From the NCBI RefSeq assembly GCF_037042905.1, contig NC_087251.1, positions 2,606,001 to 2,670,000 of the forward strand: DNA of 64,000 nt, given 5' to 3'. This DNA comes from Lytechinus pictus. Lineage: Eukaryota. The position numbers and the translations under genes were made by a program. Every line of letters begins with the position of its first letter. Position 1 is the first letter of the stretch. This document shows positions 1 to 12,850 of the stretch, in pieces. The notes under the pieces were generated by a model, which saw only the letters and a list, made by a program, of their open reading frames with translations, was not told the origin of the DNA and did not search any database.

Positions 1-159
1 ATTCAAGAGAATTTTTTTCATATCTAATGAAGATATCAAAAGAGATATTAAAAAAACAGATTTTTAATTATATATATTTCTAATATTGTTTCTAAAGAGT
101 GAGACTTTTAGATTATAGTTGTTAATCTACAATCATATCTAATGAAGACCACGACGCGT

Positions 160-433
160 GGGCGTGTCGTGGTCTCGTGGTTCTGACTCTCGTCTTTCAA
201 ACAGAGGGTCGTGGGTTCGAATCCTAGCCATGGCGTGTTTTCCTTCAGCAAGAAATTTATCCACACTGTGCTGCACTCGACCCAGGTGAGGTAAATGGGT
301 ACCGGCAGGAAGTAATTTCTCAAAAAGCTGTGTGCACCAGAATCGGTAGACTAGCTTAGCCGGGATAATATAAGAGCGCCTTGAGCACCTAGCAAGGTGG
401 ATACGCACGCTATACAAATCCTATATTATTATT
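160..433 (+). mobile_element. tRNA-derived SINE, apparently full length
   Basis: A-box-like TGGTCTCGTGG and B-box GGTTCGAATCC. Central domain ...CTCGACCCAGGTGAGGTAAATGGGTACC. LINE-like 3' tail GCTATACAAATCC followed by (TAT)n. Confidence 0.85.
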
Positions 434-937
434 AATCATTAATGTTCAGGTGTCAGTGTGAGATTCATAAAGCTTAATATTATCCTTAATCAGATTCAAA
501 CTTATTTCCACAATGAAGCTACTGTGAGCTTATCGAGACATGAAATATAAATTTCATGGTTACCTTCCTTTCATTATTCTATTTTGTAATTCATTTATTT
601 CTTGTAATATCTTAGTTCGACTGTGGTTTTTATAATTGTTGGTTATGATTTATCTAGTTAGTAAGGGGAAAAAAGCAAGAAATCCTCTCTCTCTCTCTCT
701 TTCTTGCTGGTGAACCACATATGCCAATGTCCCTGGTTATTTATGAATAGAAACAGTTATGATGTGGCTAGATTTAATCCTCCAAATAAGTAAAGATTTC
801 TCTACAATCTTTTTCTCCTCTCATACCAATGAATACATCATCACATTTAATCCACGAATTGCTTTATTCATGATTTTGTTCTATTGACAGAATAGAAGTG
901 AAATAGTGAGGGTGGTGTTTTCAGTCTGTTTAACAAT

Positions 938-1379
938 AGGTGGTTTCAAACTGCCTCCATCACAAGAATCCCGGTTAAATTATGAGAACTTTTTCAGGCT
1001 AAAAAATACCTGTTGATTATTTGTGCATTCACACTGCCCCAAAACATACTCTTCTTAAGTTCCTGAAGTTATAAGCATGAGCAGTATGGTCTGATAAGCA
1101 AGCAAGGTGTGACATTCAAAATCACTAGCTCAGACGGTAGCCACCCATGGTGCCTGCGCCCAAACTACACGCTGGGCTAAAAGTTCCTGTAATTTGCTTC
1201 CACAAATCACACTGCCAAAATACCTGCGACCTTGGAAATATCCCCGCAAAATTTCTTGTAATTTAGTCAAATAGCTACTATTTTGCGGGTATTTTCTTTC
1301 GGGGAGATTATACATAATTTACTTTCACACTGCCAAAATACCTGGAACTGACAATTTTCGAGGCGGTCTGAAACCACCT
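938..1379. mobile_element. MITE family A, copy 1 (CpG-decayed)
   Basis: TIR AGGTGGTTTCA...TGAAACCACCT with 3-bp TSD AAT/AAT. Colinear with 35397-35874. Confidence 0.85.
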
Positions 1380-2099
1380 AATGTAGATGTTTGCCAGGGA
1401 CCAAGTTTCCTCAGAAATAGCATCATTACTTTACTCAAAATTAGGGTCAGGTCTGAAATTTGATAGGAAACATGTTTGTCTGGTACTTTATATCTGCCAA
1501 ATCAATTCCAGGATGAAATATTACACATCCTATTTATCTTGAAAGCTTGAAGTTAGATCTCAACTCACTCAGCTTCTTTCAACTAGCAAATTATTTTGTG
1601 AAATTGAATAAGGAAAGAGTACTGTGAAGCAGTTGAATTTATGATAATGTCTTGAATTCCATTGCTTGAATCAGTTTACAATTTCATGAAATGCTCTCTG
1701 GAGGGTTGGGAATCTGCTGATCCCAACAAAATCTCAGTAAAAATAAACTCTCTAAACTATACCCTTCCTTTTTAGAAAAAAAAATGTGTGTGGGTCTTAA
1801 AGATGGATCGCATGAATTACTTGGAATCAACAGTTTCATTATTCTATGAATAGAAAAAAGGCTGCAGTTTGTACAGAAAATATGTAGCCTATATTTTAAT
1901 GAAATATTGCTCATCAGTAATGTATTTGGTGACCTGCGTGAAATATTCATGAAGTAATGGTATTACACTAAACTAACTATAATTTCATATTACATTGACC
2001 TCATTACAGTAAAACAAATTTGTATAAGAAAAAAAAGACTATCGGTGAGTCTCTCGAAATCAAATATGTTATGGCGACCAAAATCTGTTTTGACTTAGG

Positions 2100-2172
2100 A
2101 AAGGTATGTAATACATACAAAGGTATGTAACACATACAAAGGTATGTAACACATACAAAGGTATGTAATACA
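2100..2172. repeat. 19-bp minisatellite, about 3.7 copies
   Basis: Tandem unit AAAGGTATGTAA(C/T)ACATAC. Confidence 0.9.
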
Positions 2173-3529
2173 ATCTGGTCAGAAAAAATATCATATCAGA
2201 AAATATGCGTATGATTTTCCATGAAATGTGGCCAAATGATTGTTCAAGTTATTTGAATAGTCCTATACCACAAAGTGAAGCATTTTCCTAAACTCCCTGC
2301 CCAAAAAAAAGTATAAATTGATAAAAAAAATAAATAATGAAGCCTCTTTTTAAACTATGGACCGTTTTATATCATCCATGATACACTTAGTATTTTCACA
2401 GATTTAAGGCCTAATCTTCTCTCTCTTTCTTTTTTCTGACAATGACTTTCCAACTTTGAAAATAAGTATTTTTATATATAGGTCTACTGCAGCTTTAAAA
2501 CGAAACCTGTAACATTTCTTTTGCCAAAGTATAAGGTGACAGGTGGTATGTGAATGGCTTGGGGAGGGGCAGTGAATAGATACTCCCTCCAGCATGATTG
2601 CAACATTCCTTTACAGTGCTCTGTGATATGAAGGCTGAATTTGTATTTACTTTTCATATTCATATTATCATAATAAGTTATACACTTTTTATATGGTAAT
2701 TCCAAAGATAGTTTTATTAATATTTAGTTATATTTTGAAGCCTACATTTATCTGCATAAAAAGATATATCATGGTGTGTTTCAGAGTTGCATTCCTGGGG
2801 TTTTTTAATCATAATTATGTCATCCAAGACTTTTGCATGTATACAAGAGCAATGTTTATTAATTTAATCTCTGATTTAGATATGTTTATAAATCAATTCG
2901 GCATATTCAAAATCTTGCTTTTAACAGCTTACCGTGTGCCCCCCTCCCCTCTCTCTCTCTCTCTCATCCTCCCTCCCTCCCTTCTCATTCACTCTTTCTA
3001 TGTTTTTCCTCCCATTTCTGTTGAATAGATCAGTAGCTGTTTTTGTTTTCACTGGTGGCACCACCACCAGGCAGTGATCAAGGCTATTGACCTCTGTGTA
3101 CTGTTGAAACTGAGAATAATTGCAAAATTGCTTGTTTTGCCCCTATTTGCACAAGTGTGCAAAATGATTTAGACTCCATCCATACTCCCATTGCCATACC
3201 CCCTCAAGAAATATGGAGCGAAAAATAATATTTTCATAATCATTTTCAAATTACAAATTGATTTGCGGGCAGGCGTAAAAAAGTAAATTGAGATATGGGA
3301 GCTTGATGGGCAGAAATATGGGCATGTTTAGATTATATCTTTTGTTCTGGGATAATTGAAGTGATGAAATGATGCCGGTTGATAGGCCTATGTGATATTT
3401 ACATCAATTGAATAGAATAGATATGATGCATACCTGTAGATATTATGGTTAGCTGTTTCATATTTTCTTAAATGGTGAGGTGTAATGATAGTATAATAAT
3501 AGACCTAATAATATTCTGTTTTTATTTAA

Positions 3530-3710
3530 TGCTTAATACATTGCAGTAATCCATGTCTCTAAGCACTTTCTCCACTTCCTGGGGAGCATTTGAACCAGAG
3601 TTTCTAAACTCAGTTGCTATGCATGCTATAGCCTCCTATAGGGTAGGCCTACCCGTACAACACCTGGGTGGAGAGTGGCTAAGTATGGATTGAAGCCTTG
3701 CCAAAGGACC
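3530..3710 (-). mobile_element. Degenerate SINE fragment
   Basis: ACCTGGGTGGAGAGTGGC...CCTTGCCAAAGGAC is shared with the SINE at 15145-15493. Confidence 0.7.
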
Positions 3711-4002
3711 ATAGTTATATTACATTTTCTAATGAATTGATCGGTTTTAATAGTAATTCACATCTTCAAGTAAACCGCCAGTTAAATATGATCACATTTA
3801 CCATATTTGAATGAAATAAGGTTAATGAACATGAGTATTTTAAAAAAATTGCAAACATTTCAAATCAACATTTTATTTTAATAAAGCATATACCTTAATA
3901 ATTTACCAAGTAAGAATTATTGTTCTATCCTTCAATTTATTGATCCTCTAATTTTGCATCCATAAGATGATTTAGGTCTAACCTTCTCTTGTGATCATAT
4001 AT

Positions 4003-4680
4003 GGTCAGTTATTTTACGAACTGGCTCAAACCCAATTTTCGGTCAAATTTTCGAAAAAAAAAATTTCTGCATATTCTGGAAGCCACTGATTTACTCTATT
4101 GATTTGCCAAATTTCAGATCAAAATTTGGATTATTTAAAAAATAAGAGCATATTTAATATTTTTACGAACTGGCTCAACCCCCTCCTTTGATTTTACGAA
4201 CTGGCTCAAACCATTCTTTGTGTACTATAAAGTCTCTGGAATGGCGTGCACAGGTCAAAGACCCGACCTAGATGCGGCGCGTATGCAGTGTGAACATGCT
4301 TTGCACAGGGTTTGTGCTTCTAAAATAACATGCTCATGAATGATTTTACGAAATGGCTTAAACCGTGGTTTGTGCTGCTAAAAAAATAATGCACATGCTG
4401 CGCATGATTTTTCGAACTGGCTCAAACCCCCTGTTTTGGGTAAAAATTAGCAGCTTCTGAAATGCATACAAGCGCTTCATTTCAAATATTGACAGAATAA
4501 ATACAAATTGCGGACAAAATTTTGTATATTACAAAAGAATAGAATGTATGCTTTAAATTGGTATAAATAAAGCACGAAGTTATGAGCATCTGAAAAACAT
4601 CCAAACTTTGAACCAGATTATCTCAAAATCATGTTTTGGAGACCGGCTGAGGTTTGAGCTAGTTCGTAAATTCACTGACG
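4003..4680. mobile_element. Non-autonomous TIR element with internal repeats
   Basis: Left GGTCAGTTATTTTACGAACTGGCTCAAACC is an imperfect inverted repeat of right GGTTTGAGCTAGTTCGTAAATTCACTGACG. AT flanks both sides. Five direct copies of the TTTTACGAACTGGCTCAA motif (~4012, 4160, 4192, 4343, 4408). Confidence 0.8.
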
Positions 4681-5416
4681 ATTTGCTCTTTCACTAAAAT
4701 CCATGGTGATGTGAAAACTAATATGTGGCCAATCAGTTGATGCCTGTAAGAAGGTAACCCTTTCTTATAATGAAGAATGACAATGCTTTACACTAAACAG
4801 CATGAGATGTGTTTACTACCGTTCTCTCATTGCGTATTACAGGGCAATGACTGACCAGTCGTTAGAAAAGGTTATTAGAAAAGATTTTGTTAATTCACCA
4901 ATTTTATTGTGGATCAAAGTGGAGTGGGATTGTTCTTATTAATGTTTTTTTGATACATTTAGCATTCTAGGGAGAGCTTTTGAAACAAGTAAAATGCTTA
5001 TCTTGTGAGTCCAGTTTCTGTCTTGTATCCACTATGATTTTATCAGGTCAAGCTGGTGTGAATGTATGAAATCAATTACTGTTTTCTTTTAAGCCTTAAC
5101 GAGTGTTGATAATTGGCGTGTATGTTTGTAATCTGATGGATGTGAATAACTCCCCTTTTGTACATTGATGGGATTGAATAGTTTACAATCTTCATCGGAT
5201 AGCAGTACATAAACCACAATGTGAAACATTACCCCTTGGTAAATTGTAACCAGATATTATTTTGTAGGGATCATTTGGATCAGGAAGAGAGATGCCTGGG
5301 GTTTGTAACATTCCAAAACACCCCATATCAACATAGAGAATAATAACATGTGGTCTTTTCACCACTGCCCCCCCCCCCTTCCCCACACACACTTACACAC
5401 TCACACACACACACTC

Positions 5417-5760
5417 ACCGTTCTCATTACACTCCTAAAATAAGTTTAGTGGAAACCTGTTTAGGAAACTAGTTTGGAAGATCGCTTTGCTAGTGATCCC
5501 AAATTTGAAGCCGCAGCGTATACATTCTACACACATTTTGTTGAGTAGCGCGCTCAAAATGTACGACGATCAGTTCCTGAAGAACGGTTGTGTCCTCACA
5601 CTAAAACTAGTTTAACAAGGCAAAGTGTTCTTGAAAACTACACCGGGAGGTGGTATTCCGAACTGGTTAGGAAGATTGCTTCCAAGACCGCTTTGACTGT
5701 TCTCATTACTTGTTAAACTAGTTTCCACCAAACTTGTTCTAGGATGTTAATAAGAACAGT
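5417..5760. mobile_element. MITE with ~40-bp imperfect TIRs
   Basis: ACCGTTCTCATTACACTCCTAAAATAAGTTTAGTGGAAAC versus GTTTCCACCAAACTTGTTCTAGGATGTTAATAAGAACAGT. Locally CpG-richer than the flanks. Confidence 0.7.
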
Positions 5761-6130
5761 ATCATAAACAAACCTCTTACGTTGTGATTCCTGTCTCTCA
5801 ATGTCTCTTTCTTTCATTCATTTCTCTCCCCCTCCCCGTCTTCATCTTCCCCTGTCTCTCTGCCCCACCCTTCACAGCTTGTTTTGCTTCTCAATTTGAA
5901 GGTATCATTAATGTAATGGAATAAAGATGTGTTGTTAGAAGAGAGGAGCTCATCAGGGTGAGCGTTCTCATCAAGGTCACATCCTTATGCAATTACATCC
6001 CTTGTTTTCTTTTAAAGTCACATCTCATTAATCAGTCTATCATGTACATAAAACTAAACCACTGATGGAGTAGCCTTTTATCAAGGCGTTCTGAATGAGG
6101 TTATGCTGCGCAGGGAATGAGAGAAGACTA

Positions 6131-6330
6131 TGGCTGCATTTATGCGCCACTTTTTTTTACCCAAGAATCATGATTTGAAGCCATTTAGAAACACACTTCT
6201 GTAGAACCATGGTTGCATTTAGTCAAAAGTAAAAGTAAACATGTTTCAAATCTCAAACATGAAACAGGGAACGTTTAGAAAGACGTTTCTGCAGAGACAT
6301 GTTCAAAAAGGTGGAATAAACGTAACCGTG
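6131..6330. repeat. Dispersed repeat or MITE relic (second copy ~15905-16075)
   Basis: Shared blocks GCCACTTTTTT..ACC.AAGAATCATGATTTG, CAAACATGAAA and GAAAGACGTTT at both sites. Confidence 0.55.
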
Positions 6331-7127
6331 ATTTGAATCATGATTCTATGACGTTATTGTGGTAGCCCACTTCCATTTTCATTCCAAACTGTGTGCTGCC
6401 AGTCATATTCTTTGCTTTTACTTCACACAGCAGCCATACACATGTAAATAAAAATCAAAGTTGTGTATCTTTTTCAATGCGCTCCATCAGAAGGGTGTGG
6501 ATGAGCTAGGGGAAGGGTTCAGTTTTTTGGGGGGATGTCTAGTCTATATTTAGTTACTTGGCATTTAGTAGCATGTACTGTAGTAGCAGCAACATTGACA
6601 AAAAAGGCCTTGCATTAGGCAACCAAAGGAGAAAACAAAGTAACTATGAATGAAGGAGGAGGCCTAATGAAAGTATCAAATTATTTTTTTCACACCACGT
6701 TCCTTTATAAGCCGATAGGTAATATCCACATTTCAATAAGAATCCCTTATTATATCTCCATGGATCAATAGGAGACTAACAGTAACAACTTTCCTATATA
6801 TACAGCCAGACACCTGACTTTCGAAATTTGTCTTTTCCTATTTTATACTGAATCCCCATTTCACTTTCTTATCATACTGCAAGCACAGTTGAATCAAGTT
6901 GGCAGAAGTGACCCTCTCCATTTCATAATCATGATTTCATTCCCTTTGCTGTCAAAAGATGATGGTCATCTGATTGTATTCTCTTTCTTTACTCCATCAC
7001 AGGTAGACAGGGGAACACCCATTGATCTTGATATTGGATGCCATGCTGTTCATCTTATTAGGTCTTGTGGTCTACCAACAGTTTAGTTCAAGAGACTTTT
7101 CCTCCAGCAAGGTCTCCTGTCAGCATT

Positions 7128-7296
7128 GAGTCATCATGGATCTTCATGGTAAACCATATAAGATATGATCATTCCTAGAGAGAGCCAGAGAGAGAGAGAG
7201 AGATAGTATCTTCATAGATCTTTATGGTAAACAGTCTGATTCCTAGAGAGAGTCATGAATCGTCATGGTAAACAGCATGAGATATGATCATTCCTA

Positions 7297-7331
<35 letters not shown>

Positions 7332-7332
7332 G
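7128..7332. repeat. Three imperfect tandem copies of a 50-70 bp unit with (GA)n tracts
   Basis: ATGGTAAAC...ATTCCTA(G/C)AGAGAG occurs three times, followed by poly-G. Confidence 0.7.
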
Positions 7333-9312
7333 AGAAAGGAGTGGGTGTACAACTTGGGGGGGGGGGGCAAGCTTCCCCTGAACATGTTAAAACAATCTGC
7401 AAAATATAAACCATATTTAAATATTAAATTTAGTCATTGAGAATTTCAATGATTTGAGAAACTGTCTTAAAGTTGTTGTGGAATGTTGTTTATAAACACT
7501 TTAATATGCAAATACTAGGGATCAACTTTTAAATCCTTAGATATGTAGAAGGAATCTGTATGATTCTAAGGATTAACTTCTTAATCTGTAGAGACTTAAA
7601 AAGGTATTCTTTGTGATAAAAAATAAACAATTTGCTGTCACTATTCCAACAAATCTGGATATATTTCAAATCCTTGAAATTTAGAGAGTAACCAAACAAT
7701 TAGACAAGCTGCAGTGATGCACTCCTTCATTTTATCCAATAATGAATGTAAAACTTTGGAAATGAATAATCTTTAGGTAAACAGAAAAATTAGAAAATTA
7801 ACTTTGAACCAGGAACTCTTTAATAGTTCAGCAGCATGGCTAATGAATCACAGAAAAATCAAATTTCAAGTTTTTATTTCACCAAAGAATCTTATTTTAA
7901 AAATCACATATACCTACATAAATGAAAGCCGAATAACGCAAGTGTGTTTTCAACTCGGTGTGTCTCCAAACGAATCTTGAACACACCTTAGTTTATCCAT
8001 GTACCTCACCCATCACCTCACCCTTCTTCCTCTTCCTATCTCTCTTCCTCTCTCTTAATCTTTTACCTTCCCCTATCAATCATCATTTTCATAGCATCCA
8101 AACTTTCTATGGAAGTGGAAAATTTCCTATCAAGCTGCTTGAAGTTTTGCTGCAGGTTCTGTGACCTGTATAGAACTCCAGAAATATACCCCTTTCAGTA
8201 AGTTGCTGGCTTGCGCTAAGTCTTGAATTAAAATAAAGGGTCGGGCCAAACAGTCCAGATCAAAACAGCACTGCTCTGGGGAATGTAGGTGCAGTCCAGA
8301 CTGGGCATGGGCCAGAGATTAATAGAAAGTTATCACTTATATCTGAGCCAATATAGCAATTGTGAACAAATTATTTAATTTAACTTCTCTGTATGATAGT
8401 ACTTGTAATGGTAAAATAAAAGCATTTTTCTTAATTTGTGTTGAGTTACATCCAAGAAGGTTTAGTCAATCATATCAATAAAGGAGGTTAGTAAGGAAGG
8501 ATGGTAGACCAAACACTATACTTGCCTTGAAACACTCTCAGAATCATTCTTGACACTTGACATTGAAAACTTCTTCTTTAATTTACCTTAACTTCCTCTC
8601 CATCGAATATAGAGGGCATTCACCTAGCCAAATAAAAATAATAAAATTGAGATTTTATACTTTCCTTCTACTCATGTTTGTGGTGAGGGAATGCCAGCTA
8701 TGTTCATACAACAGTTAAAGAATTTTGTGATTTACTGCAAAATATCTTATTAGTTTAGCCAACAAAAAAGTGGTATCTTTGAAGGAAATTAAGACAGTTT
8801 TGATTTTTTTTTCTTGGTTTGTAACTAATCATAAAAATGGGTCATATATATGGCATTTCTCACATTTTTGATATTGTATGAACATAGCATCTGTCTATTG
8901 TATAGCTGTGTGTTAAACTCATTGGTCCCCAACTTGCATTAATTTCAAACTGATTTAATACCCATTCCAATGCTCTGTGATTAATCAAGATAACAGAAGG
9001 AAAGGAAACACCCATCAAACATTGTGGTTCACAATTTGATTGTACCTAGGTTTGAAGCATAAATTATTATATAACTATGATATGATCCAAACAATGTAGA
9101 TTCCAATGTTGATTACACTGAGCGTTTCAGTCTTGGTTTTAGTTTGGTTGAACCTCACAAACTGTCAAGAGTAAAATGCAAAATAAAATGAAAATGCAGA
9201 CTTTTCTTTCTCCTCAATTTAAATATGTCATGGCCTTTGAAAATATCAGGCCAAAAATACATTATTCATGAGACATGTATGTAATCCATCATGTGCTTAC
9301 TCACCCTTAAGA

Positions 9313-9476
9313 CTAGGGCCCTAGTGCATAAAAGTTACCATTATGGTAACTTTGTCATGCAATGGTATCTTGCATGGAATCCTTGATTTTAATTGGTGGT
9401 TGATCATCGTTACCATGGTAGTTACCATTGGTTGGCAAAGTTACTATAATAGTAAGTTTTATGCAATGGGGCCCAG
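9313..9476. mobile_element. Short palindromic MITE
   Basis: GGGCCCTAGTGCATAAAAGTTAC...GTAAGTTTTATGCAATGGGGCCC. Architecture resembles 37398-37526 and 48126-48284. Confidence 0.7.
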
Positions 9477-10485
9477 AATTATAAATGAATTACATAGAAG
9501 ATTTTTAAAAGGATTTTTAAAAAATGTGTTCTATGAATGATTTTATGGTGGATAAAAGTTTTTCAACCTTTAAATATGTACATTCATCCCTGTATAATTT
9601 CCTTTTTCACAAACAAGTTTTAAATAAATGTAAATGTGTTTATAAGTTTTTAATTATCGAGTAATGTGACTTCTTTGACTCGCTTACAAATTTCAATATA
9701 AATTGATTTTGATACAGAACAGAATGTATATAGATAGCAATGTACCTTACTTAAAAGAATAGAAAAATTATAACTTATTGTTACAAATATGCACTATGTA
9801 AATAATGTATTAAACTGACTTGAGTCACCACAATATTCCTTATGTCACATTTTATTTAAAACCCAACAGAAACGGTGTGATTAAGGAATTGAATTATCAG
9901 AAGAGTTGTATTTCCTTTTGTCGTAAGGTGTGGACGTCATACTGTACCTCAGGGTATAGTTGTTTCACTTCTTAGAATCCCATTTTCTTTTGGCATCTTT
10001 CCAACTAGGGAGAGTGGATTACTGTATTTAAGCTTGTGCAATTAGATGGGGATCATACTCTAGAAAACAAGGATAGGATTGGTGACACATTGTGAATGAA
10101 AATAGGGAATAGTTTTTCACAACAAATAATGCAATATTTACATTTAGAAAAAAAATGTTATGAGCTAGTTAGTAACGTGACAAAAGCTGGACTAAAATCA
10201 TACACTTTTGTATTTTTTCTTTGTGAAGATTAATAATTAACAAATGAAAAGTGGGTCCCCATTTAGCCTTAATGATAAGGGATAATTTTTCAGATTGAAA
10301 TGAAAATTTATCTGTTCAAATCTTATGTTATAAAAAAGTACAAATAAGTAAATAGGCAGAAGTTTGAAACCTGCAATCAATGAAATTTGTAATTGAATTT
10401 GTGAGATAACTTGTGCTCTATAAATGCCTCTGAATTTTCAAACAATCTTGCATTTTACAGGTGCTCATATCTTAGGTTATTTGAA

Positions 10486-10545
10486 TGATTGATTGATTGA
10501 TTGATTGACGGATGGATGGATGGATGGATGGATTGATTGATTGAT
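10486..10545. repeat. (GATT)n(GGAT)n microsatellite
   Basis: Read directly. Confidence 0.9.
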
Positions 10546-10664
10546 GAATTGAATGGCTACAATTTTGTGCACCATATCTTATCTTTTTTCTTTTTTTTTA
10601 TTCTCTTACATGAACAAGGTTCGAACTAAAAATCAATTTTCAAATAACTCTTGATTTTCCCCAG

Positions 10665-10819
10665 AATAGAAGCTTGTCTAGAGGATGATGAGTGTATGGG
10701 TCTTTCTGAGGTCATGGTGAACATGGGTTGTGATGAAATACAAGAGAGATTGTCAGGAAACAAATCACTCACTTTATGAACGGACAAGATAAGACGAGAT
10801 ACAAACATCCACAAACCAG
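10665..10819 (+). CDS. Candidate internal exon of an unidentified gene (contains an in-frame TGA or a 1-nt frameshift)
   Basis: Acceptor TTGATTTTCCCCAG| and donor CAG|GTACGT. Purine-rich, exon-like composition. Reads IEACLEDDECMGLSEVMVNMGCDE..., but no single frame is open across the exon as written. Confidence 0.45.
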
Positions 10820-11975
10820 GTACGTATAGTCTTTTAAAGTTATTTGGTATATATTATCCTTTATTCAGATAGTTCTAATGAACAAAGAATTACTTAAAAT
10901 CATTACAAAGTGTCACAGAAACTATTCTAATTAATTTTACTAATTGTAGACGAAGTAGGGGTCCTGTCTTTCCAAAGCTTTGACATTCCTGGTAAATATA
11001 ATATACGAGGTAAATACTGGACTGACTTGTATTGAAGACACCAAGGTTCATGCTAGAGCAACAACCAACTGATGTACATCATTTCTCCAGGATTTGAGGC
11101 ACCCATTGCATGCATCGTTTGTATATTTACATGCATTACTACAGTATTTCCAGGGAAATTGTCATCTCCCTAAACCATAATTTCATCACTTTTGGGATAA
11201 TCAGCAAAATGAATTCCCAGTTTTTCCAAGGGTTGAATCATCCATGTATCTTGTTATTAACAGCTGATGATAATAATAATTTATTACCCTTAAACAAATT
11301 AAATGAAATTCAGTCTGAAGAAATTCTTTAAAAATGATGTACTCCCAAAAGAAAACATAAGTAATATCTAATAAACATGCAGTATTATTAGAAATTATAC
11401 ATCATAGATGAAATGTAGTAGAATAAAAAATATGAATAGATCCCATAAAGAAAGGCTAAAGAACTTGCATCATCAATTTTATTAAGGGGTGTGTCATTTT
11501 GAATAGGCAGCTGCTGAACAGTTTATTGATAGAGGCATGGTCCTGTGTACATAATGACTGTTTACTCATTTAAAACTTTTTTACTTTCCTGTGAGAAATG
11601 AAATAAGATTAGATTATAGAAGGGTATCTCTTATTGGTGTCATAATAATATTTTATGAAGGAGTAAACAAGATGCTACTGATTTATAATCTTATCTGAAG
11701 ATAAAAGGGGTATATAGTTCCAAATGTTTAAAAACCACAGAGTCATTCAAATTAATAATCAGCTTATTAAACAGAACTTTGGATCCTTAAACAGATATGG
11801 ACAGATAATAAACAAATTGCAACATGAACAGCTTCAAACTTTAATGTATACGTGTATCCTATTGACAGACCTTTAGCCTTAGATGGTTACGTCCATGATC
11901 ATATTCAGGATGATTTTCATATGGTACTATGTATTCTTATCTTTCATGATTCAGATATGAACTACCAGTGTCATA

Positions 11976-12850
11976 AGGTGGTTTCAAACCGCCTCGATCA
12001 CAAGAATCCCCGTTAAATTACGAAAAATTTTACATGCTAAAAAATACCAGATAATTATTCCTGCATTCAGACCGCCCCGAAACACACTCTTTGGGGAAAT
12101 TTCGCGAAGTTATGAGCATGCGCAGTACTGTCTGGTAGCAGACGAAGAAGTGTGCGCTTTTAGCGGTACCATCAGGGGACGGCCGGGGCGGGAGATCCGC
12201 CTGCGGCCGGCCTAGCTCTAGCACGTACTATATCTACTCGATCGTATGCGCAAATCATTTGTTCCCTTGATCATCTGCAATTGCACTAGATTTCTCTCCA
12301 CATTTAAATTAAGGCCTTTGTGGCCTCCTCACTCCAGTGCGATGTCATTTGGTATGAAAATGTAGAATACTGGTAAATATCACCCTTAATTCGTAAAACT
12401 ATTTTTTAAAGAAGAATCAATCGCCTAGTCAAAGTCGAACCCCGAGTCACGTCGCATGAGAAGTGTACGTACAGGTATGTTTACCCCTGCATATGCATGC
12501 ACTGGCGCTGGCTTACTCGCTCGGTAGGCCTCGCATCAGCCTTGCATATCCATGCATATCGAACAGCGCGCGCTATGCACCGGAAATTCACTTATCGCGG
12601 TGATCGTTGGGATACAAGTTCCCGTAGTTTGCTTTCAGATTGCCAAAATACCCACGACCTTGGAAAAATCCCCGCGAAAGTTATCATAATTTCGCCAAGT
12701 ACCTTCTATTTAGCGAGTATTTTCTTTCGGGGATATTACGCGTAGTTTGCTTTCACATTACCAAAATACCTGGTATTTTCTGATCGGGGTAAATTTCCCG
12801 ATCAGAGAATACCTGGAACTGACGAATTTCGAGGCGGTCTGAAACCACCT
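11976..12850. mobile_element. MITE family A, long variant (875 bp, CpG-rich)
   Basis: Same TIRs and terminal arms as 938-1379 and 35397-35874, with a different ~500-bp interior. No matching TSD and no transposase ORF. Confidence 0.85.

Noticed and set aside
160..235. tRNA genes (also 15420-15493 on the minus strand and 34975-35050)
   Set aside because: The A/B boxes continue into SINE central domains and tails, so these are SINE heads rather than tRNA genes.
880..906. Acceptor-like TTGACAG followed by AATAGAAG, the same start as the exon at 10665
   Set aside because: Similarity is limited to about 10 nt and a stop follows within five codons, so it is probably chance.
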